36,651 nt of DNA, taken from the NCBI GenBank assembly GCA_964460865.1, contig CAYWRV010000001.1, forward strand, positions 1 to 36,651, read 5' to 3'. Under the pieces are notes generated by a model. It did not search any database and was not told the origin of the DNA. It was given only the letters and a program-made list of their open reading frames with translations. A program made the position numbers and the translations under genes. Source of the stretch: an uncultured Smithella sp. (GTDB lineage: Bacteria > Desulfobacterota > Syntrophia > Syntrophales > Smithellaceae). This document shows positions 29,130-36,651 of the stretch, in pieces (position 1 is the first letter of the stretch; each line of letters starts with the position of its first letter).

Positions 29130-29528
29130 ATGGAAAATTTTTCACTGTTGTCCTCATTTCTGAAGATGATTTTCGCCCTCGCGGTTGTCCTGGGGTTGAT
29201 GATCGGGGTCATGTATTTTGTGAAAAACTTTCTGCAGCGGCCCCTCCCTTCCGGCAATCAGCAGGATTTGATAAACATTCTTTATTCGAAATACCTCGGG
29301 CCGAAATCAAGCATCATGCTGATTGAAGTCATGGATCAGCTTATCGTTGTGGGCATTTCCGGCCAGCAGATGACTACCCTTGCCCATATTGACGACCCGC
29401 TGTTCGTCGAGAAAATAAAGACGAGAAACTCCGGTCAAAACATGTCTTTTTCAGGCGACAAAATATCAAAACTGCTCGCTATGGCAGGGTTTTCGACGAG
29501 TAAAAAAACAGACGGGTCCGGAAAATGA
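29130..29528 (+). CDS. fliO: Flagellar biosynthesis protein FliO
   Basis: 132-aa ORF with a single N-terminal TM (MIFALAVVLGLMIGVMYFV) and a conserved core (IMLIEVMDQLIVVGIS). It sits directly upstream of fliP. Confidence 0.82.
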   Translation: MENFSLLSSFLKMIFALAVVLGLMIGVMYFVKNFLQRPLPSGNQQDLINILYSKYLGPKSSIMLIEVMDQLIVVGISGQQMTTLAHIDDPLFVEKIKTRNSGQNMSFSGDKISKLLAMAGFSTSKKTDGSGK

Positions 29529-30298
29529 GAAAACTTGCCGGTATCATCTTATTAATTACTGCCGCTGCGGGCATTCTGGTCGTCGTGATGGTGCAGCCAG
29601 TCTGGGCGGCAAAGCCTTTCTCTCTTCCCAATGTGAACCTGACGCTCAGTGGGGGAACGACCGAGCCGGAAAAGATTCAATCACTGATTCAACTGGTCAT
29701 CCTGCTGACGATTCTGACGCTGGCACCGGCCATTTTGCTGATGGTCACGTCTTTTACAAGAGTGGTCATTGTCCTGTCGCTGGTGCGCAATGCCATGGGG
29801 ACTCAGCAGATGCCTCCGAATCAGGTGATTGTAGGACTGGCTCTGTTTTTGACATTTTTTATCATGTCGCCGGTGATCAGCCGGGTTAATACCGAAGCGC
29901 TTACACCGTACTATGAGGAGCAAATATCCGGTGAAACGGCGATGGACAGAGCCGTCGTGCCGGTGAAGGAATTCATGCTCAGGCAGGTGCGGGAAAAGGA
30001 TCTGGCCCTCTTTATGAAAATTTCCGGTGAGGAGCGTGCGGCTAAACCCGAAGATGTTTCATTGTCAGCTCTGGTGCCGGCATTTGTCATCAGCGAGCTC
30101 AAAACCGCCTTTCAAATCGGTTTTATGATTTACCTGCCCTTTCTGATTCTGGATATGGTGGTGGCCAGTGTCCTTTTGTCCATGGGGATGATGATGCTGC
30201 CGCCGATTATGGTCAGCCTTCCGTTTAAGCTTCTTCTATTTGTCCTGGTGGATGGCTGGCATCTGATCGTCGGATCTCTGGTAAAGAGTTTCCATTAA
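29525..30298 (+). CDS. fliP: Flagellar export gate protein FliP
   Basis: 257-aa ORF with a signal sequence and FliP hallmarks (ILLMVTSFTRVVIVLSLVRNAMGTQQMPPNQV...). Confidence 0.95.
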   Translation: MRKLAGIILLITAAAGILVVVMVQPVWAAKPFSLPNVNLTLSGGTTEPEKIQSLIQLVILLTILTLAPAILLMVTSFTRVVIVLSLVRNAMGTQQMPPNQVIVGLALFLTFFIMSPVISRVNTEALTPYYEEQISGETAMDRAVVPVKEFMLRQVREKDLALFMKISGEERAAKPEDVSLSALVPAFVISELKTAFQIGFMIYLPFLILDMVVASVLLSMGMMMLPPIMVSLPFKLLLFVLVDGWHLIVGSLVKSFH

Positions 30299-30314
30299 GC
30301 GGGGAGAACGATTA

Positions 30315-30584
30315 ATGACACCCGATATAGTCATGGGGTTGATGGCCGAAACAATCAAGACAACGCTCCTGGTCGCGGCACCGATGTTGATTGTGGGGTT
30401 GATTATCGGCGTGCTCATCAGTTTATTTCAGGCTGTGACGCAGATACAGGAGATGACGCTGGTGTTCGTGCCGAAAATCGTGGGAGTTTTAATTACATTG
30501 GTTGTCGCCCTGCCGTGGATGCTTGGACTGTTGATCAATTTCACTCATAAATTGTTCGCCAGTATTCCCATGTACGTCAAATGA
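30315..30584 (+). CDS. fliQ: Flagellar export gate protein FliQ
   Basis: 89-aa two-TM ORF (LLVAAPMLIVGLIIGVLISLFQAVTQIQEMTLVFVPKI). Confidence 0.94.
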   Translation: MTPDIVMGLMAETIKTTLLVAAPMLIVGLIIGVLISLFQAVTQIQEMTLVFVPKIVGVLITLVVALPWMLGLLINFTHKLFASIPMYVK

Positions 30585-30633
30585 CATGACGCGGACGTTG
30601 TCATGAAAACAGTAAAGCCGGGAGCCAAGATAA

Positions 30634-31413
30634 ATGACATTGCCTTTCCTGTCTGCAGATCATCTCGAGTCTTTTATTCTCGTACTTGTTCGGGTCAGTG
30701 CGATCATCGTTGTTATCCCTGTTCTTTCTGAAAAGAATGTTCCCGTTATGATCAAGGCGGGCCTGGCCGTCATCGTCAGCGTGGTCATTTTCCCGCTGGT
30801 CGCCGGCACGGTGCCTTGAAGGAAAAACTATCACCTGTTTCATCTGATTACTCTGATAGCCGGGGAGGTCCTCATCGGGCTTACCATAGGCTTTACCGCA
30901 CGCCTTCTTTTTGCCGCGATTCAGATTGCCGGAGACATCATCGGCTTTCAGATGGGCTTTGCCGTGGCGAACGTGATCGATCCCATGAGCGAGCAGAGTG
31001 TCTCTATTATCACACAGCTTAAGTATCTGATCGCCATGTTGCTTTTTATTACCGTCAACGCGCACCACTTATTTTTTCTGGCCATCATTCAAAGCTACCA
31101 GTTTGTCGCGCCGCTGAGTTTTCATTTTTCTCCGAATCTGATGCAGTTTATTTTTATCACATCCAAAGAAATGTTTGTCATCGGCCTGAAAATAGCCGCG
31201 CCTTTAATGGCCGTGATGATCTTTACCAATGTCGCACTGGGTGTCGTGGCGCGCACCGTGCCGCAAATGAATATTTTCATTGTAGGCTTCCCTCTGCAGA
31301 TATCCATGGGGCTCATTTTCATCGGGCTGACCGCACCTGTATTTATACGCATGACTCAGGCGCTTTTCAATTCTTTGGAAGGAAAGATAATTTCCGCCCT
31401 GCGGCTGATGTGA
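30634..31413 (+). pseudogene. fliR: fliR (export gate protein) interrupted by one in-frame TGA at 30817-30819
   Basis: ORFs 30634..30819 and 30952..31413 are in the same frame. Translating through the TGA gives continuous FliR-like sequence (...PLVAGTVP*RKNYHLFHLITLIAGEVLIGLTIGFTARLLFAAIQIAGDIIGFQMGFAVANVIDP...). The total is 259 codons, which is normal FliR length. This could be a real nonsense mutation, stop-codon recoding or a sequencing error. Confidence 0.85.
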
Positions 31414-31513
31414 ATGTTGTCCATATAGCGTAAAGATAAGAGCCGGGCTTCACAACCAGGCCTTGTCGCGCCGCTGAGAAATCAACAGCGGATGGAATGA
31501 AGGAAAAAATAAT

Positions 31514-32587
31514 ATGGCGGAAAACGACGATCAGGAACGAACTGAACAGGCAACAACGAAACGGCGCGAAGAGGCACGCGAAAAAGGCCAGGTAGCCCGT
31601 TCGCAGGAAGTGGTTTCCGTCGGGATTCTGGTGGCCGGTCTTATTTTCTTCTACTTCGGCGGCCAGACGATGATCACCAGGACACTTGATTTGATGGGCT
31701 GGATACTTGGGCGAGCCGGCAGCGCGGATCTCACTCCCGACAGTGTCAGAGCAATTCTCATCAGCTGTATTTTTAAAGGTTTCGGTATTCTTTTTCCCCT
31801 GATTATTGCCGTATTGATTGCGGCAGTTCTGGGCAATGTCCTGCAGTTCGGCTTTTTGTTTACCGGCGAGAGTTTACAACCGAAAATCGACAAAATCAGT
31901 CCGGTCAAAGGATTTAAAAGGCTTTTTTCTCTGCGTTCACTTGCCGAACTGCTCAAGGGGATCCTAAAGGTATGTATTATCAGTTTTGTGGCATATCTCA
32001 TGATCAGCAAAGAGTTCGGCAATCTTTTTTTGCTCAACAGTCAATCAACCTGGGGCACCTTTATCTACATAGGAGGTGTCTGCTTTAAAATACTTTTAGC
32101 GATGACGATCGTCTTGGTATTTCTGGCGGCGCTCGATTACGCCTATCAGCGCTGGGAATACGAAAAGAGTCTGAGGATGACAAAGCAGGAAATAAAAGAC
32201 GAGTTCAAAAATACGGAAGGAGATCCGCTCATTAAAGCCAGAATCAGGCGAATTCAAAGAGAAATGGCACATCGGCGCATGATGGCGGAAGTGCCCAAAG
32301 CCGATGTGGTCATTACCAACCCGACACACCTGGCTGTTGCCATCAAATATTCACCGGATAAAATGGCGGCACCGGTCGTCGTGGCCAAGGGCGCTGATTA
32401 TATTGCTGAAAAGATAAGAGACATAGCCAGGGAAAATGATGTGCCCATTATCGAGGACAAACCTCTGGCACAGGTATTGTATAAGTTAGTTAAAGTAAAT
32501 GCGATGGTGCCGGAATCTCTCTACAAGGCGGTGGCGGAAGTTCTGGCATTTGTCTACGAACAGAAAAAGATTAAGATATTCGGATAA
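31514..32587 (+). CDS. flhB: Flagellar export switch protein FlhB
   Basis: 357-aa ORF with four TM segments and the autocleavage motif NPTH (VVITNPTHLAVAIKY). Confidence 0.95.
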   Translation: MAENDDQERTEQATTKRREEAREKGQVARSQEVVSVGILVAGLIFFYFGGQTMITRTLDLMGWILGRAGSADLTPDSVRAILISCIFKGFGILFPLIIAVLIAAVLGNVLQFGFLFTGESLQPKIDKISPVKGFKRLFSLRSLAELLKGILKVCIISFVAYLMISKEFGNLFLLNSQSTWGTFIYIGGVCFKILLAMTIVLVFLAALDYAYQRWEYEKSLRMTKQEIKDEFKNTEGDPLIKARIRRIQREMAHRRMMAEVPKADVVITNPTHLAVAIKYSPDKMAAPVVVAKGADYIAEKIRDIARENDVPIIEDKPLAQVLYKLVKVNAMVPESLYKAVAEVLAFVYEQKKIKIFG

Positions 32588-32592
32588 ACTAT

Positions 32593-34674
32593 ATGGCTGA
32601 ACCACAGGCAAGCACAGGCACAAACGCATTTTTAGAGTCGGCAAGGTCAAGCTCGGCGATGATTGCGATGGGTGTCATCGCAATTCTCATGGTCATGATC
32701 CTGCCCATACCGACCTTTTTACTGGATATTTTGCTATCCTTCAGCATCGCGATTTCCATCATCATTTTGTTGATGTCTATGTACGTTTTAAAGCCTCTGC
32801 AGTTTTCTGTGTTTCCGTCAGTCCTGCTTATGGTGACGCTGTTGAGGCTTTCGCTTAACGTTGCCTCGACGCGGCTGATTCTTTTGCATGGAAATGAGGG
32901 GACCCAGGCTGCGGGCCAGGTGATTCAATCTTTCGGAACTTTTGTCGTCGGCGGGAATTATGTCGTCGGCATGGTCGTTTTCTTAGTGCTGGTACTCATT
33001 AATTTTATTGTCATCACCAAAGGCGCGACGCGTATTGCAGAAGTGTCGGCCCGTTTCACTCTCGATGCCATGCCGGGAAAGCAGATGAGCATCGATGCAG
33101 ACCTCAATGCGGGGCTCATTTCAGACAACGATGCCAGGCGCAGACGTGCCGAGATTGAACAGGAGTCCAATTTTTACGGGGCAATGGACGGTGCCTCGAA
33201 GTTTGTCCGCGGCGACGCGATCGCGGGCATACTGATCGTTCTTATTAATATTATCGGCGGTTTGATTATCGGTGTCTTGCAAAAAGGCATGCCGGTAGTG
33301 GAAGCGGCCCGGAACTACACATTGTTGACGGTCGGTGACGGTCTGGTGACGCAGGTGCCGGCCCTCATCGTCTCGACAGCCGCAGGAATTCTGGTTACCA
33401 GAACATCGACAACCGCGGAGCTCGGTGACGAGGTTAAATCCCAGGTCTTCACGCAGCCCAGAGCGATTGCCACGGCTGCCATTATGCTGTTTGTGTTTGC
33501 CCTGATTCCGGGGATGCCCAAAATTTCATTTATACTGATTGCGGCGCTTGCCGGCATTGTCGCCTATCGCGTGGTGAAGAGCATTGCGCGTAAAAAGATA
33601 GAAGATGATAAAATCGAAGCCGAAGAAGAGGCACCGGCCAGAGAAGTCGATGTGGTGGCTCCGCTCGATGCTATGGGGCTCGAAGTCGGCTATACGCTCA
33701 TACCGCTGGTTGACGCAGCGCAGGGGGGAGAACTGCTTCAACGTATCAAGTCGCTGCGTCGCCAGCTGGCTTCAGAAATGGGCTTCATCATGCCGGCAAT
33801 CCATATCAGAGACAATCTGAAGCTGAAGCCCGATGAATACACGGTGATGCTGAAAGGTGTGGAAATCGCCCGCGGTTCAATAATGATGGGATATCACCTG
33901 GCCATTTCCGCCGACGAGACAGACGCTTCAATTAAAGGTGTAGCAACTAAAGAACCGGCTTTCGGACTTCCCGCTGTTTGGGTGACAGACAGGGAAAAAG
34001 ACGCGATTATGGCCAAAGGCCATGTCGTGGTTGACCCGGCCACGGTCATAACAACCCACCTGACAGAGCTTACCAAAACCTATGCCGACGAGTTGCTGGG
34101 CAGGCAGGAAGTGCAGTCGCTGGTGGACAATCTCGAGCAGCTCTACCCGCGGGTGATTAAGGAGATCGTTCCCAAGGTTGTTCCGCTCAACATTTTGCAC
34201 CGCGTCCTGCAGCGCCTGCTGCGCGAGCGGATTTCCATCCGTGATTTGCTGGCCATTATAGAAACTCTTGGCGAATACGTACCCATGACGAAAAATGCCG
34301 ATATCCTGACCGGCTACGTAAGGCAGGCACTGGGGCGTGCCATCACGCGCCAGTATCAGGATAAAGAGGGGAACATCACGGTGATGATCATGTCCCCGGA
34401 TATTGAGGACAAGATCAGTCGCTCCATTTCCCACACCGAATACGAATCCTTTGTTTCTCCGGACCCGAATGTCGTCAAGAAGATGGTGGCAAGCCTCCAT
34501 AAGATGGCCACTACTTTCACCGCCAGCGGACTGCAGCCCATCGTTCTGTGCTCGCCGGAAACCAGGATCCATTTCCGTAAGATTCTGGAAAAGCTGCTGC
34601 CTAACGTGGTTATTCTGGCGCACAACGAAATATCACGTGAAACAAATGTCAAGTCTCTGGGGATAGTAGAGTAG
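32593..34674 (+). CDS. flhA: Flagellar export apparatus protein FlhA
   Basis: 693-aa ORF with a FHIPEP-family TM domain (RFTLDAMPGKQMSIDADL), a linker and a cytoplasmic ring domain. Confidence 0.96.
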   Translation: MAEPQASTGTNAFLESARSSSAMIAMGVIAILMVMILPIPTFLLDILLSFSIAISIIILLMSMYVLKPLQFSVFPSVLLMVTLLRLSLNVASTRLILLHGNEGTQAAGQVIQSFGTFVVGGNYVVGMVVFLVLVLINFIVITKGATRIAEVSARFTLDAMPGKQMSIDADLNAGLISDNDARRRRAEIEQESNFYGAMDGASKFVRGDAIAGILIVLINIIGGLIIGVLQKGMPVVEAARNYTLLTVGDGLVTQVPALIVSTAAGILVTRTSTTAELGDEVKSQVFTQPRAIATAAIMLFVFALIPGMPKISFILIAALAGIVAYRVVKSIARKKIEDDKIEAEEEAPAREVDVVAPLDAMGLEVGYTLIPLVDAAQGGELLQRIKSLRRQLASEMGFIMPAIHIRDNLKLKPDEYTVMLKGVEIARGSIMMGYHLAISADETDASIKGVATKEPAFGLPAVWVTDREKDAIMAKGHVVVDPATVITTHLTELTKTYADELLGRQEVQSLVDNLEQLYPRVIKEIVPKVVPLNILHRVLQRLLRERISIRDLLAIIETLGEYVPMTKNADILTGYVRQALGRAITRQYQDKEGNITVMIMSPDIEDKISRSISHTEYESFVSPDPNVVKKMVASLHKMATTFTASGLQPIVLCSPETRIHFRKILEKLLPNVVILAHNEISRETNVKSLGIVE

Positions 34675-34678
34675 CCAT

Positions 34679-35923
34679 ATGCAAGTAAAGCGTTATGAAG
34701 TCGAATCAATACTGGAGGCCATGAGCAGGATTAAAAAAGATCTGGGGCCTGACGCCATTGTGCTTTCCACGCGAAAAATAAAAAAAGGGAAGGTTGAGAT
34801 GCTTGAGGTCATGGCGGCCCGCGATGAAAACACTCAGCCGATGGCACGCTGCGAAAAACCGTCCGCGCCGCTTCATTACGGTGGTGCCGTCAGGGATGGC
34901 AAGGTGGACGAAATGGCGCAGATTCTCCGCGAGTTTAAGGAAATCAGAGATTCCATTATTGCCTGCCAGAGGCAAAATACGCTGGCGGGGGAATTGGCCG
35001 AAATACGCGAAACCATCAGTTCATTTTTTGATGCACTGGGAATGCGTGGTCGGAAAATACCCCAGGATGTAAGCTCTAAACTGTATCTGAAACTTTTGGG
35101 GAAAGGTTTTTCGCGCGCCGGCGCCTGCCGTATTGTGGATGAGCTCAGGCGTTGCGGCAATCAGGATTACTTGAAAAACGAGGCCGCGGCCCTGTCAGCC
35201 GCCGCCGAATATATCGGTAATACACTCACCGTGGCGAAAAAAAACGAACCTGGCGCCAGAATCAGAATGTTTGTGGGTCCGCCCGGCGTAGGCAAAACAA
35301 CTACACTGGCCAAGCTGGCCGCGCGCTTCTCGATCGGGGAGGGGAAAAAGACCGGTCTTATTACAGTCGATGATTGTCGCATCGCGGCAGCCGAACAGCT
35401 TGGCGCCTATGCGCGCATCATGGGTTTGCCGCTTCTGACGGCATCTACAAAAGAATCTTTTGCAAAAGCGGTGGAAAAGTTATCCGACAGGGATGTCATT
35501 CTTGTGGACACGCCCGGTCGCGCCCTGCCCGATGACGGATATTTAAACCATTTGCGAAAGGCTATGCCCGGTCATTTCATAGAAAAGAATTTGCTGATAA
35601 ACGCGACCGGCAATGAAGATTATCTGAAAAATATTTTGACAGGTTATGAGCATCTGGACCCCAACAATCTCATTATCACCAAGGTTGACGAATCCAGGCG
35701 CTGCGGCATGCTCTACGACATGATATGCGGAGCAAAAAAACCGGTCCGTTATGTTACTTTCGGACAGAATGTGCCTCAGGACATTGACGATGCGACCCCG
35801 GAGATGATGGTGTCACTGATGCTGGATGGCAGCATGTCCTTAGCCGGCAAGCGGACGGTATATCCGGTTTTATACAAGGAGCGAGATGAAGGTGGATCAG
35901 GCGGAGATGTTGCGGGAAATTAA
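34679..35923 (+). CDS. flhF: Flagellar SRP-type GTPase FlhF
   Basis: 414-aa ORF with G-motifs GPPGVGKTTTLAKLA, DTPGR and TKVDE. It follows flhA. Confidence 0.93.
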   Translation: MQVKRYEVESILEAMSRIKKDLGPDAIVLSTRKIKKGKVEMLEVMAARDENTQPMARCEKPSAPLHYGGAVRDGKVDEMAQILREFKEIRDSIIACQRQNTLAGELAEIRETISSFFDALGMRGRKIPQDVSSKLYLKLLGKGFSRAGACRIVDELRRCGNQDYLKNEAAALSAAAEYIGNTLTVAKKNEPGARIRMFVGPPGVGKTTTLAKLAARFSIGEGKKTGLITVDDCRIAAAEQLGAYARIMGLPLLTASTKESFAKAVEKLSDRDVILVDTPGRALPDDGYLNHLRKAMPGHFIEKNLLINATGNEDYLKNILTGYEHLDPNNLIITKVDESRRCGMLYDMICGAKKPVRYVTFGQNVPQDIDDATPEMMVSLMLDGSMSLAGKRTVYPVLYKERDEGGSGGDVAGN

Positions 35924-36651
35924 AAAGAAAGAAGAGTTTGCTCAAATACCGCGGAAGCCGGCACAGCGTGAAGGGAGCCGCAGCGATGTGCGGGTGCTTT
36001 CCGTAACCAGCGGCAAAGGCGGTGTCGGTAAAACGAACATCGCGGCCAATCTCGCCTATCTGCTGGCGAAGAAGCGCAAGAAAATGCTGGTTCTCGACGC
36101 TGATGCCGGACTGGCCAACATTGACGTAATTCTCGGAATAAATCCCCGCTATAATTTGTCACATGTTTTGAGTGGCGAAAAGACGATCACGGAAGCTCTC
36201 GTGGAGGGGCCCGGTGGTATCAGAATATTACCGTCAGCATCGGGGCTGCCGGAAATGACCGACCTCTCACGCGGTCAGAAGCTGACACTTATCGACGAAC
36301 TGAACACATTGAACTCTGAAGTGGATTGCATGTTGATTGACACGGGTGCGGGCATTTCTTCAAATGTCATGTATTTTAACATGGCGGCCAAAGAGATCAT
36401 TGTTGTGGCGACTCCGGAGCCGACATCACTTACGGATGCCTATGCGTTGATTAAAGTTCTCTATCAACGCCATGCCAAGAGACGTTTCCGCCTGATTGCC
36501 AACATGGTGAAAAACGCGGCGGAAGGAAAAGAAATATATTCGCGTCTGGCGCGTGCAAGTGATCATTTCCTGAATTTAACTATTGAATATTTAGGCCATA
36601 TCGTATTAGATGAAAAGGTCAATGGGGCGGTCCGGCAGCAGAAAGCTTTTG
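35886..36651 (+). CDS. flhG: MinD/ParA-type ATPase FlhG (FleN/YlxH), 3' end outside the window
   Basis: Not in the ORF track because it has no stop codon in the window. ATG 35886 sits 5 nt after AGGAG and is translated by eye as MKVDQAEMLREIKKKEEF...VRVLSVTSGKGGVGKTNIAANLAYLLAKKRKKMLVLDADAGLANIDVILG..., showing the deviant Walker A. It overlaps the flhF 3' end by 38 nt. Confidence 0.88.
   Translation, partial: MKVDQAEMLREIKKKEEFAQIPRKPAQREGSRSDVRVLSVTSGKGGVGKTNIAANLAYLLAKKRKKMLVLDADAGLANIDVILGINPRYNLSHVLSGEKTITEALVEGPGGIRILPSASGLPEMTDLSRGQKLTLIDELNTLNSEVDCMLIDTGAGISSNVMYFNMAAKEIIVVATPEPTSLTDAYALIKVLYQRHAKRRFRLIANMVKNAAEGKEIYSRLARASDHFLNLTIEYLGHIVLDEKVNGAVRQQKAF

Noticed and set aside
30817-30819. 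Alternative genetic code with TGA read as a sense codon.
   Set aside because: Several well-aligned genes in this same window terminate at TGA at their expected length. Examples are cheD (1597-1599), cheB (4388-4390), fliH (20131-20133), fliJ (21914-21916) and fliO (29526-29528).
30820-30880. Selenocysteine insertion (SECIS) as the explanation for the fliR in-frame TGA.
   Set aside because: Downstream of the TGA I find only a weak 6-bp pairing, CTATCA (30828-30833) with TGATAG (30854-30859), around a 20-nt loop. There is no compact GU-containing apical loop at SECIS-like spacing. There is no redox context (no nearby Cys) in a membrane-protein loop. This cannot be fully excluded without a SECIS search tool.
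30816-31022. 68-aa ORF in another frame spanning the fliR gap.
   Set aside because: Its Arg/Ser/His-rich sequence has no recognisable features. The fliR frame gives conserved FliR sequence across the same nucleotides, so no frameshift is needed.

Overview
This 36.6-kb window is one contiguous chemotaxis and flagellar motility locus of about 40 tightly packed genes. I saw no rRNA, tRNA, CRISPR, IS or prophage content by eye. From left to right it contains six transcription units. (1) A plus-strand che operon: cheR, cheD, an HDOD gene, a cheY-like gene, a cheX-like gene, cheB, cheA, cheY, cheX. (2) A minus-strand pilZ-motA-motB operon. (3) A divergent operon encoding a large secreted SPOR+TPR protein, a soluble PAS histidine kinase and a sigma-54-dependent NtrC/FlrC-type response regulator. 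(4) flgBC-fliEFGHIJ plus a MotE/YlxF-like gene. (5) fliK-flgD-flgE. (6) fliLMNOPQR-flhBAF and flhG, which runs off the right edge. The structural gene order mirrors the Bacillus fla/che-type arrangement. FlhF/FlhG and sigma-54 control suggest a polar flagellate, possibly deltaproteobacterial/Desulfobacterota-like, but that is inference only. All six transcription units are preceded by a near-consensus sigma-54 -24/-12 promoter readable directly in the sequence. Two clear intrinsic terminators separate the flagellar operons. I do not see a convincing wholly new gene system. The items most worth a second look are these. (i) fliR carries a single in-frame TGA at 30817-30819, with conserved FliR sequence continuing in the same frame. 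(ii) CheA has an unrecognised extension of about 155 aa before its Hpt domain, and two tandem MshEN/T2SSE_N-like 24-residue motifs where the P2 domain normally sits, which is a possible c-di-GMP input. (iii) A FleQ-box-like palindrome (TGTCAA-N4-TTGACA) recurs upstream of several of the sigma-54 promoters. (iv) A gene for a periplasmic SPOR+TPR protein of about 911 aa is co-transcribed with the flagellar two-component system and diverges from pilZ-motAB. (v) The PilZ protein heading the stator operon has intact c-di-GMP motifs split by an unusually long insertion. (vi) The fliR-flhB spacer contains a composite of short exact repeats.
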